This document shows positions 1 through 11,560 of a stretch of 64,000 nt of DNA, in pieces. The stretch's first letter is position 1, and every line of letters starts with the position of its first letter. Source of the stretch: Laetmonice hystrix (taxonomy: Eukaryota); assembly GCA_965235115.1 (NCBI GenBank), contig OZ249439.1, positions 22,258,001 to 22,322,000 on the forward strand, read 5' to 3'. The notes beneath the pieces are model-generated. The model searched no databases and was not told the origin of the DNA. It worked only from the letters and a program-made list of their open reading frames with translations. The position numbers were made by a program, and so were the translations under genes.

Positions 1-706
1 GCTGGGTAGTACCGCTGGTACCGGGGCCACCACAGAAGCGGTGAACCCTAGGACTGAACCCAGGCCACAGCATCCGCGTGTTTAGTCTGTCACCATTGTT
101 GAAAGACAGGGAGAGGGTATGGGGTGGTGGTGAGAGATATGGTGTGAAAAATGGGGTTTGGATGTGTGTGTATGTGTTATGGGAGGAACGGGGAAGGGGG
201 TCTTGAAGGAGCGGGGGGGGGGGGGGGGGGAGTCATAGAGTCGATGTGGGTTATTGGGGTAAATTGTACAGACAAAATGAGGGTTTAGGGTCAGGGCAGG
301 GTTGGGGGTTGTTGGTGTCAGTAGTCCATTGTTAGGTTCTTCTATCAGTTTCTGAATGATGTGAGATTTACCGGCGGTCAGTCCAGCGCCATGTCGGCCA
401 TCAGCGTCGTGTAATAAGTGAAGCGTGATCCATAATGTTTGGATCGAGATTCAGTTTGTATCTCCGACAGGAATATTAAAATACCGTGCTGGACCACTTA
501 TCATAATAGTAGATGTCTGTATCTCAGCTTTCACCTCTCTGTGGCACTTTTAGCCAGAAGCGAAACGTGATCTTTGCCATATTCATTTTGTAAGGAGGGG
601 AGCTGAACTAGCTATGATTTCTACAGTCTTGTTTAGAGGAAAGGACATTCCAAGACTATTAAGATGGTAATATCTTAACATTACAAGGATGGTTATTCTT
701 CTCTAA

Positions 707-1461
707 GGCCCGGCTCCCACGATCAAGAAATCTTGTCAATTTTTTTGAGCAAGATCTTGTCGGGTACTTCACACGGCATCAAGAAATTTCTTGAAAACAT
801 GCCGGCAAATATTGCCCAAGTTTCTTGGCAAGGAAACCTGGGCAATTTCTTGCCGCGTGACTCACACGATCAAGGGTATTTACTATTGACTCAATATTTG
901 TGCATACAGGAGCAAGTTTTCATTCTTGCCGCAGACATGGTAGGGTCTGTAGAAATTTTCAAATTCAAAAAGGTCAAATCTGAAAGTTAATTAAGTGTTA
1001 ACACCAGGTGTTAAGAAAGTGTTTCGTATACAAGAATTGTTTCGTAAATACAAGAATTCACCTCCTGCTGGGTGTTTCATTAACACCGTTTTAACACCTA
1101 CTTAATGCCAGAGTAACACCTGACTAACACCTAGGAAACATTCCGACCCAGTTTCACTGTCTCAAATTGGAGGAATAGGCCTGAGATCTCACCTCACCTC
1201 GTGTTTCCAGTGTACTCTGGGGTCCTTCAAGTCCAGCAATATATTGCTGAATTTAGAACACGGTTCTATTACGTCAATATTGCGCAATTTATTGTCGACT
1301 AACCTTCACACGGGATTCCCACGGCACAACAAGAATATTGGTCAATATTGCTCAATATGCGTTGTCAATATTGAGCAAGAACCTTGACGGGCATATCACA
1401 CACAACAAGTTCCTTGAGTCAAGAAAACTTGACAAGATTTCTTGATCGTGGGAGCCGGGCC
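707..1461. mobile_element. Non-autonomous PIF/Harbinger-type (Tourist-like) MITE, 755 bp
   Basis: Perfect 33-bp TIR ggcccggctcccacgatcaagaaatcttgtcaa (707-739) and its reverse complement (1429-1461). Flanked by TAA at 704-706 and 1462-1464. Internal caaga/tcttg and aatattg subterminal motifs; no transposase ORF. Confidence 0.85.
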
Positions 1462-2411
1462 TAATGCACCAACGCTAAAAAAGACCCTCCCCCCCCCCCC
1501 ACACACACACAAACACCTCGTCTGAAGACTGGAGCCTGCTGCATCATCATAAAACTATTCAGGTTGTTTGCAGAGGGAGACAACTTTGGTTAAATATTAG
1601 CATAGCTGGTCACAAAATATCAAAGTAAAAACGTCAGCAAACACCTATTCAGGAGCTGTGTTCAATGTCAAAACAATAGCTCTTATAACAGTGAGACATT
1701 CTGGACTGATGATGCCACGGTGACCGTGGAATGTTCCTCGCGGTTAGCAGTGACGTCATCGGTTCAGAATCTTTATTTCCGGGCACGGAAGTTGACGGCG
1801 TTTAATCTGTCCAGTCGGCTGGATGCATGCGACCCTCCCCATCCTCTATCGTCGTGGCTGGGCGTTTCTTTTCTGGAGAAACCCGAGAGTATTTCTGCAC
1901 ACGGTCTGCAGAGAGAGTAATTAGAAGTATTTGCCTGGGTCTGTACAGAGGGGGTAATTATAGCCAGTTAGTTAAACAACAGCTGCCATTACGGGCTATC
2001 ATGGGACACACAGTTAGGACAGACCTGATTGGACTGGACACTCAGTGTGGCAACGTAAAGCATGGACTAATTGATAGGTTCTGGAATACCATTTCCCGGC
2101 ACACCCTTATATCACTATCAGGGGGCAAATTACCTGATTCGATTCTCAGAAGTCATATGTCCGTACGTTGAACTTAGAATGCCTCAGCTAATAGTGGGCA
2201 ATATTTAGATTAGAAGATTTCTGACGAAATGTACAATCCAGGAAACTGTGTACGTAAGTTGAATAAGTTATAGGGGGAAAGGGTCATTTGCATTGTTTGG
2301 CCGGGTCATGTCCTTTGAAATGTGTGTGATATAATGTATGAAATTCAAAGTGAAGAAAACAATGGTGTTATTTGGTACCTACCCTCGTCCCAACCCTTTA
2401 CATCGACTCCT

Positions 2412-3570
2412 CAGAGTAACTAGGAGATTTCTCTGCTGTAAGAGTTTGGTGTGCCTAGACAGGGAGGTAAGAATTTGGTGTGCCTAGACAGGGAGGCGGT
2501 GTGTGGAGATGCAGAGAGTAACTCGGGGATTTCTCTGAGCACTGTAAGTGTTTGGTGTGCCTAGACAGGGAGGCGGTGTGTGGAGATGCAGAGAGTAACT
2601 CGGGGATTTCTCTGAGCACTGTAAGAGTTTGGTGTACCTAGACAGGGAGGCGGTGTGTGGAGATGCAGAGAGTAACTCGGGGATTTCTCTGAGCACTGTA
2701 AGTGTTTGGTGTGCCTAGACAGGGAGGTGGTGTGTGGAGATGCTGAGAGTAACTCGGGGATTTCTCTGCTGTAAGAGTTTGGTGTGCCTAGACAGGGAGG
2801 TGGTGTGTGGAGATGCTGAGAGTAACTCGGGGATTTCTCTGCTGTAAGAGTTTGGTGTACCTAGACAGGGAGGTGGTGTGTGGAGATGTAGAGAGTAACT
2901 CGGGGATTTCTCTGAGCACTGTAAATGTTTGGTGTGCCTAGACAGGGAGGTGGTGTGTGGAGATGTAGAGAGTAACTCGGGGATTTCTCTGAGCACTGTA
3001 AGTGTTTGGTGTGCCTAGACAGGGAGGTGGTGTGTGGAGATGCTAAGAGTAACTCGGGGATTTCTCTGCTGTAAGAGTTTGGTGTGCCTAGACAGGGAGG
3101 TGGTGTGTGGAGATGCTGAGAGTAACTCGGGGATTTCTCTGCTGTAAGAGTTTGGTGTGCCTAGACAGGGAGGTGGTGTGTGGAGATGCAGAGAGTAACT
3201 CGGCGATTTCTCTGAGCACTGTAAGAGTTTGGTGTGCCTAGACAGGGAGGTGGTGTGTGGAGATGCTGAGAGTAACTCGGGGATTTCTCTGCTGTAAGAG
3301 TTTGGTGTGCCTAGACAGGGAGGTGGTGTGTGGAGATGCTGAGAGTAACTCGGGGATTTCTCTGAGCACTGTAAGAGTTTGGTGTGCCTAGACATGGAGG
3401 TGGTGTGTGGAGATGCTGAGAGTAACTCGGGGATTTCTCTGCTGTAAGAGTTTGGTGTGCCTAGACAGGGAGGTGGTGTGTGGAGATGCTGAGAGTAACT
3501 CGGCGATTTCTCTGAGCACTGTAAGAGTTTGGTGTGCCTAGACAGGGAGGTGGTGTGTGGAGATGCTGAG
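2412..3570. repeat. Minisatellite, mixed 73-bp and 77-bp units, ~15 copies
   Basis: Unit ctagacagggaggtggtgtgtggagatgctgagagtaactcggggatttctctg(agca)ctgtaagagtttggtgtgc. Spacing of ctagac at 3088, 3161 and 3238 gives 73 and 77 bp. Confidence 0.97.
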
Positions 3571-5205
3571 TCTGTTCGAGAAGTTAATAAATGTTGGATG
3601 ATACCTGCAGCGAGAGAATGGATTGAAAGCAGTGCTATAGATGGAGGTGGTCAGGGGTGATGTACTAGTATTTATTGGTAGTGATAATGCAGAGTCAGCA
3701 CCGACTGCTATCACTGTGACAGTGGTTGCAGACTTGAAACTACCACTCCACTGGTCTCTGTCAGTCTCCTCCGCCTCCTCCTGCCCCGATTCCTGGATGT
3801 CTCCTCCACTGTGTCCTGAAGACAGATGGACAGAAATGTTGGGTGGCGGCGGCGCGGAAGGGGGTGGGTGGGTGATGGTCTCTGTTACACAAAGCCTGCG
3901 GCTGGGAGTCGGGAAATTATACCCAGGAAGTGTAACCAACGAGCCAGCCTGCCTGCCTGGCGGGCTGCCTGAGGCAAGTACTGGATTCTGGGTGGGTGAT
4001 GGTGCATGGTGATGGTGGAGGTCGTGGTATGGAGCATGTGCAGCCAGAGCCAGATCTCTGCCCCCACGACCTCCTCTAAAAGGTCTTTGGTTGTCATTTG
4101 GTCATGAAGTTTGGTCAGTGGGAAAGTATCCTGGCAGTGGTAATATATGATGAGGGCAGGCATGGCTGCTACTACTGCTGCTACCGAGCGCCGGCTGGAC
4201 TCCCTGCCTCCCCATCTCTCTCAGCCTGCCTGGGCTATGTCCATCATTGGGTCCCATTCACGCCAGAATAGATTTACCTCTAGCACAGCCCCCCCCTTCC
4301 CAGCCTTGCCTAGCCTTGGTGCTACATGCTGTCTGTGGCAGGGCATGGAACAGCAACATTGCCAAATCAATACATTCATCGCGGCCCCTGCTGCCCGCAT
4401 TATCCTTCAATCAAAGCAGACAAGCCTGATTTCATTTGCGAAGGTGATGCATTATAAATCAACGGCAAAGAAAAGTAATTATGCAAAGTACACGCCGAGG
4501 AAACAGCCATAGGAAGGAAGTCCACTGATGATTTCCAAATGATTTGGATGAAATGAAAAAGAAGTGTTGCAAGGATTGTTTCTTAATACCGAGAAGCATA
4601 AGACCTTTATGTTATACAAGTTGTTAAACTAAGGGAGCATAGCTTCAAAATATTTGTGTTAACCATTGAGAAAGACTTTCTTTGTGAAGAATATTTTGCC
4701 GTAAATAGCTGCATGTGTAGCAAGCTGTTCGGAGTTGATTTCCATGCGTTGTGTGACGCCCAGACGGAGACAATCCAACAGAATGGTCCTGCCCTCGCCA
4801 GGACACCTCCCCATTGTCCCGTGTGTTTTGTTCCCGCCAAGGACTTGACCTTTGTCGCAGTAATCTCCCTTGGTCACTTACCAGCCTTCATAATGTGGCT
4901 GGGTGACCGGTGGTCATTTGTGACGAGTTGATAAGTGTCTGAGTCGGGATATGGCGACGAATATCTCATGTGATGGGGGATGGTTGTCTATGCATCTGTA
5001 ATGGGGTAGCAGCTGTCTATGTGATGAAGAACCAGATGTCTATTTTATATTATACGAAAGTCGATATTGTGATGCCAGGTGTGCATCTTATAGGGCACCA
5101 GAGAGCTAGATTTGTGTTGAGGGTTATTGTTGACTAACAATAATGCATATCTAGGAGGGTTTCTTTTGGATCAAACATTTATATTTCATGTATTATAATT
5201 ATAAA

Positions 5206-5382
5206 GGGGTATATAATTCATGGTAACTTAAATCTCACGAAATTTGGTCGGAAGTATCCTTAGTCCTGACCTTATCCCTAACCCGGGTCCCTAGACCTCC
5301 CCAAAACTTATCCCTATCCCTGATCTTAACCCTATCCCTTGCCCAAACATTTCGTGGGGAAGGTACCATGAATTAATAACCC
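5206..5382. mobile_element. Small inverted-repeat element with a degenerate telomere-like (CCCTAA/CCCTAT-type) core
   Basis: Left arm ggggtatataattcatggtaac…cacgaaatttgg (5206-5247) pairs imperfectly with right arm ccaaacatttcgtg…ggtaccatgaattaataaccc (5343-5382). The core contains ccctaaccc, ccctatccct and aaccctatccct. No clear TSD. Confidence 0.5.
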
Positions 5383-8300
5383 ATGAAGATGATATGGATT
5401 GAAATATTGAACTTGGACCTATATTTCGTCATTAACCGGAGGAGCGCCAAGGGCATCATGGAAATGCCATAAAAATGTTATAAGCCCCGATGAGATTTGG
5501 ATCGAGTCGGAGCCCGGAGGAGATCCATAGTTCTCTGGTGTGCCAAGCCTGCAAACAACCATTAGCCAATCGGTGTGGTTATAGCACAGCCACGACGCTC
5601 GTCTGTGACATCAATCAAACACAGCCGTCGGCAAACGTTCACCCTGCCTCAGGCCACCACCATCCCGGGGTCGTGGTCTGTCCGTCCGTCCGTGCCGGGG
5701 GCCGGGGCTGGGCGTACAACCGTCCGTACAGCAGGTCGTACAGCCGTCTGTACACACGGGCCGGTTGGTGGCGACTCTTGTTGAAGACGTTTAACGTGGC
5801 ACCAGTACGGAGAGACGACGTTCGTGCGCTGTATTCGAGATGCTGCCACAATCCGGTAGAAATCAATACGGCACGTGTACACAGACTGAGCATGCATGCC
5901 GGTGTCAAACAGAGACTGGGCCATACGGTTTCAGTGCTTTAGACGACGGGGGCTTCGCTATATATCCGTGTGTTCATGTATTTATTCGTTGGTTGGTTGT
6001 CTTCGTCATTATGTTTATTTTTATTATTTATTTGTTAATCAGAAATATAAAATGTAGGTGTTACAGATTTGTGTAGTTGAAAGGCAATATTAGAGTTGCT
6101 GGATCATACCTGGGAGTTGGGTCATGAAGGAGTCCATGAAAGGTATTAATTTCACAAACCTAAAAATGACGTCTCATCGTTCATCAGGTGTAACCTTTTT
6201 CTATGGAATGTGCGAGTCATGAACGTTTATTTGGCTATATCGAATTAGAGGAAAAGAATGACAACGACAACATAACAACAACAACAACATTATTCTTCTG
6301 CCCTGGGGCCAGATGCCTTCATGTTACGTTAGTCAGTGACAGATGGCCTTCAGCACAGAACGGTCCCATCTCTCACTGTCAATCCACGGACAGGAGTGAG
6401 GACATAATATTATACAAGGATTTGAACAAAATATCCTTGTTTTCCCCAGAAGAGCCGTGGCCTAGCATTGAGCCGTCACCAGATCTGACTGATACTAAGT
6501 AGACTTGATAGAAATCGAACGGATTCAAATCACACCCACCCACTGTTGTCTGCCGTCAAGACATCTGTGTATGTGCAGCCTGACCAGGAGTGAAGTTCCA
6601 AAGGTTGAAAACAGCAAGATTTTCCTATTCACAGGATGAAGGTATTATAAGAACCGAAACATATTTAAAGAAAGGGAGAAATTCGGAACGGCGAAAGCGG
6701 ATGTATTTTGAATTTATTCATTTCTAGAAAAGGAAGGGCAATGCTTTTTGGCCAAATTATGCAGGGAAGGAGGTGGCAGCTCAAGTAAAGCCTGCTTCAT
6801 GTCGAATTAGTCTTTTCAACACTAACAGGCAGGCGTTTAGAAAAGACCTCTTACACTTGTGATTGGATAATCACATTTGCGGCGTCGGCTTTCATAAAGT
6901 CAGGTTAACTCGCGGCAGGGCAAAATTAAAGATGCAGAATGCAGTAGTTGCCCGTGGAGGTTTGTGGCAGACCAGGCCCGCTTGGTTTCTGTCAGGCAGG
7001 CAAACTAGGCAGTGCCAAATGGAACCTGTGCCAATTCCTAGACAACTTGGCAATTGATTTGCCAGAAGGACAGCTTTCCAATAGTCGCCAATTCTCATAT
7101 CTCCAGGGGGTTCAGGAAGTCAAGGGCAGAACACTGCAGACTTTAGACAAAACGCCAAAAAGTCCGTGCAACACTAAAAGCAAAGTGAGGGCTCGGCAAG
7201 AGCTCCATGCAGAACTTTCCATGTTACACACAGAATGGGTTTTTAAGAGCTTCAGGAATCTGCTGCCACAAGATATATATATATATATGTATATACCGTC
7301 TGCGAATGAGAAAGCCAATTGTGAAGACCAATATCTATCGCCTTATACCAAACTACTTTACGTACGATTCCCAGCCTTCAATGTCCTGATTAAACGGCTT
7401 CTTGCCGTTGTACAAGTGGTACGAGGTGGAATAACTACCACTAATGACATCGTCGGAAGAGGAGGGATCTCGCCGTCAAAGATTGGAGCTCAAAGAATGA
7501 AGGATTACAGCACGACTGCCAGCCGAGCCGTCAGTCCCGCCGTGGATTCTATCGATTACATTCGCTCTAAGTGCTGCGTTTGCTGGCTCGAGTTTTGTTG
7601 TTGACAAAGCAGATTGAAGGGTGGCGTAGAATACCCCACCGCCCATCCTGATAGCTATATGTTTACTCGTCCCTGGCAATGGTGTTTTTGGTATACATGC
7701 CCAATGGCCAAACCTGTGTTTGAATTATTTTACTTTTTATTTGTGGTAATTTTTGTAATAAAATAGAACATCCGACGAGGTTAGGAGAGTATGGTTTTGG
7801 GTTTAGTGTGGGTGCAGGTGTGGGTGTGGGTGTGGGTGTGTTCTGCAGATGGAAACAAGGACCATCATTTGTACACGTCCTGTACTCCGATCACGCCTCC
7901 CGATTTGTCATCTCAGCAGGAACCTGGACAACGTCATCTCAGAGCTTGTCCTTGCGGCAGTTAAAGTTTGAGGAGGATCTAGATCTGATAAAAGGAACGT
8001 TAGATTGGTTCGGCCCTCGCCAGTGGAGATAGGAGTGATGACATGTGAGACAACTTCATCACCCAGAGGAGTGACCTCATGGGAGGAGGGGGTGCACGTC
8101 TGCCAACTACCGGCCAAAAGGTCCCCAGTCGCCTTCCTGTACATCTGTGAAGCTAGAGTAGATGGCTCTGCACCCAGAATTATAGACGAGAAACATGATG
8201 GGAATTATGCATACATCCAGATGAAATAAACTATCTGAAATGTCTGGCCGAGATTACCTCACACGTGAAAATTATGTCTCCTCTTCCATATTTGCTCGAC

Positions 8301-11274
8301 AATCAACTTATCCAGCGGCTCGTTTATTATTATTTGGAAGAAAACTAGTTTGTCAATCATTGAGCAGATTACCGGAGTCGTGAGACTGCGAAACACACGT
8401 GCGCATCATGTAAACAATTCTTTTTTACCATAGGAAGCCATGATTCCGGAGAACGGAGACGGGCGGAGATTTCAGACCGTGTCACCAGACTGGCACTAAA
8501 TGATTCACTAGGGCGATCTATCTCCTCAAGATTTCCCTTATACAAACGTAGATTTAATTTAAACATATCAACGTTTGCTTGCTGTCGGTCCTTGTATCTG
8601 AACACGGATTCCATCCTACAAACTATAAATGTAGGGAGGATGAGGAGAAGATGGCGAGGCCTTATCATAAGGAATAAGAAGATGGTGGCGGCAAGGGGAT
8701 TGATTGATTGCCCTGTCTCATACCAGACTAAGGGGTCACCTGGCTTCCTCAGTTTCCTTCAAGAGATTCGATGATCACAGCATCACCCTTTAAAAGACGC
8801 CAGCAACAAAAAGAGACATTCGTAAGGCCCTGTTAATACCCTCACCAGTCTTTGATTGTAAAAAAAGGAAATCAGAGAACCCTTTTCGGTCTTCCTTAGG
8901 TAAGATCTGGTTGTCGGAAATCTTGCGGCATCAAGACGACATTTTTCAATTGCTCTGTATTATCCGTATTGTCCACCCTAACGTCTTCAGCAAAAGCCGT
9001 GCAGCTAGATGTGTGTAATGAAAGTGTCTGTATTGGCCAACAGCCTGTAACCATAGCGACCAGGAAAACTACTTTGCCGTTGTCAGGAGATCTTGGGTGT
9101 TGGCATTGTCGTCGGCCGAGCAGTCAGGACATGGCAGTGTCAGATTTGCAGGCTGCGGGTTTTTTGACTATTGAAATAAATAAAAGCGAATCATTTGAAG
9201 TGGGATTTGGGAAGAAGGATTATTACAAGGGGCGGTAGAGTTTGCGTTGGTGCGTTTGGATGGAGACCAGAAATAGATACTGGTGTATTATTATAGACGT
9301 GGGCAGAAAGTGTATTGGTTTTCCGAGCAGTAACTTGCGTCATCCAGTGACTTCTGTACAGTTGATTGGCCTCACGGCGGCATTCACTGAGAGACGTCGT
9401 CACTTTGGCTGACAATTGCTTAGGGCGGTTGGCCCTGAGGCTGCAGACAGAAATCCGAGGGCAGTGTTGCAGGGACCTTTGACTGCGGACAATGTCCGTC
9501 CTTGATGATGTGACGAGTCGCTGGATGAGGTTCTGACACGTCGACCACTGCAGCTAGAGATGGGGCCACCCTCAGTTACAGGATGTAGCCGGCGCTCAGC
9601 CTGACAAAAGATGCTCGTTTCTTGGACATGCCTAACTTCATCAAATTGTAGCTGAGTTGGATCTCTTCGGAAGTTTATGGTCTTGAATCTTGTGATTTCT
9701 GTTAGAGATGAGGCTTAAATTAGAAGAAATTACCGCTAGTCACGCAATCAGAGAGCAGCAACGCAGGGCGTATGGGGTAAATCAGAAGTAAAGAGACTTG
9801 TAGAAGTTTCTGAGTCCGGAGAATCGCCCCTGGCAAAAAGATCCGCGCTCAAAGACCGGTAAAAGTGTATTGTCGAACCCTGGCCGTGGATGATACAGTT
9901 TCTCCGTTCCCTTTGCCCTTATTGAGTTTCAGATATTCAGGTGTGCTTTCAAAGGTGACAAGCATTACTTGAAAAGTAATTTGAGAACTATTGTGACTTG
10001 AAGTAGGACAGAAAGGGGGAAGCATGAGAGATTATGTTACGAATCAGAAAATACGGTCCAGATTGCAACTATACATCCACTATATTTCATGTGTGTTTCG
10101 AGTTGAAAATGACCCAGGTGCAGTAATGAGGGATTTTTGTGTTAAAATGTGCGTTATCGTCGTTCATGGATGCGGAATAAACGAAAGCCTTACAGTTCAT
10201 AACTATCGTAACCAATCTCCCCATAAATAATAAAAAAATGTCTTTCCTGAAATAGCGGTGGGGTGGGACGACGGCTGTGGCAGGCGTTGTAAAGCAGATC
10301 TAGATTCCCTTCTCAAGTCACGCCCACTTGACGGCAGACAGCGGTATGACCATCGGCAATTGACTTGTCAAACAAGGCCACAAATAAGGCAGCAGGAATT
10401 GACAACGTGAAATTGACCAGTACCAAAGTGGTTTGGCGTTACACCGCCGACCTGACTCTGTGGGCGGTTAGGGCAGATATCGGGGCCGGATTTCGGTCGT
10501 TGATATCCTGTGTGGCTGAGGGCCGCGACCTTGTCCAGAATAAGTGGAGATTATGTTTCATATGTCCGTATCGAGTCTGAACAATGGCGGCAGAGCGGGC
10601 AGGGTCTCAGATGGCGGATTAAAAGGTTCGCTGGCGCTCGATGGCGGCAGCCCAAAGAGTTTCAGTGGTTGCAGGGCCGGCTGGGGGCAGGGGAAGTTGA
10701 AGCTTTAGTGAATCTGGAAAAAGTGCCCTTTTTGACAAGTAGGTGACTTTTCATTCAATTGGAAATGATAAGTTAATGAGAAATGCCCCTCAGAAGCGTC
10801 TCCCCGCCGCTAGGAATGTTGGCTGCCCATGCTGCATTGCTGCTGGAGAGTATACACTTTATGAAGGATTATTTTACTTTATAGAGAAGTAAAGATCAGA
10901 AGTCAGCTCTTGAAAGATGGCTGCCTAAAAAGACGAGTTTGATTAATTCAAGCCAGATATACCTTGATTCTATTGGCAGTATAAATATGTTGAAGAATCT
11001 TAATCAAATCCTTATAGATCTTCTGAAAAGCACTGTATGCTGAAAAGAACGGTATTCAAACGGCAAGAGGAGGTATTCCAGGCGACGGCTTAGTAAATCT
11101 GTGTTTAGAACGAAAAATTGACTTCTATAGTCTTGCCTTTGAAGAGCGGGATTTAGAGAGTTTGCAAGCCGTGAGGTTGGCAGTGCTTGTACTGCCTTGC
11201 GCCGTCCAATTAAATGATTTTAATCTCCAACCAGTGGTTGATGACTGCCTGTCAGGGTACGTCGCGGTTACCAG

Positions 11275-11560
11275 CCGCTGATTGGCTCGTCCCAGGTAAC
11301 ACGTGACAGGGAGTTAACGTTCGCAGGCCGGCAGGTCAATCACAAACGCCGGCCGGCGACAGCTTTGTGCAGTCAGTCGGGTGGCTGGAAAACAGGCTGG
11401 GAGTCGGAACCGACCAGACTGGAGACTGACTGGTGATCACTCCACAGACCATCTGTCTGACCTCCACTGACCAGTGGTCAGTTCGAATCTGGGTGGCTGC
11501 GCATTGCTCGCGTGGTTTGCTGACGTAGCCATGGCAATTGCGAATTCTATTTTGTTAGCT
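11275..11560. promoter_or_regulatory. CpG-rich segment with reverse CCAAT and E-box, possible cis-regulatory element
   Basis: gattggctcg at ~11280, cacgtgac at 11300-11307, locally dense CpG. Motif evidence only. Confidence 0.15.

Noticed and set aside
4185-4215. AGWTP peptide as a possible upstream ANKRD50 exon
   Set aside because: It continues as CLPISL rather than LHxAAFEGH and has no ankyrin context or splice sites.
6948-7604. 218-aa ORF
   Set aside because: It runs through a (TA)n microsatellite (DIYIYMYI), starts at a non-ATG codon and has no recognisable domain.
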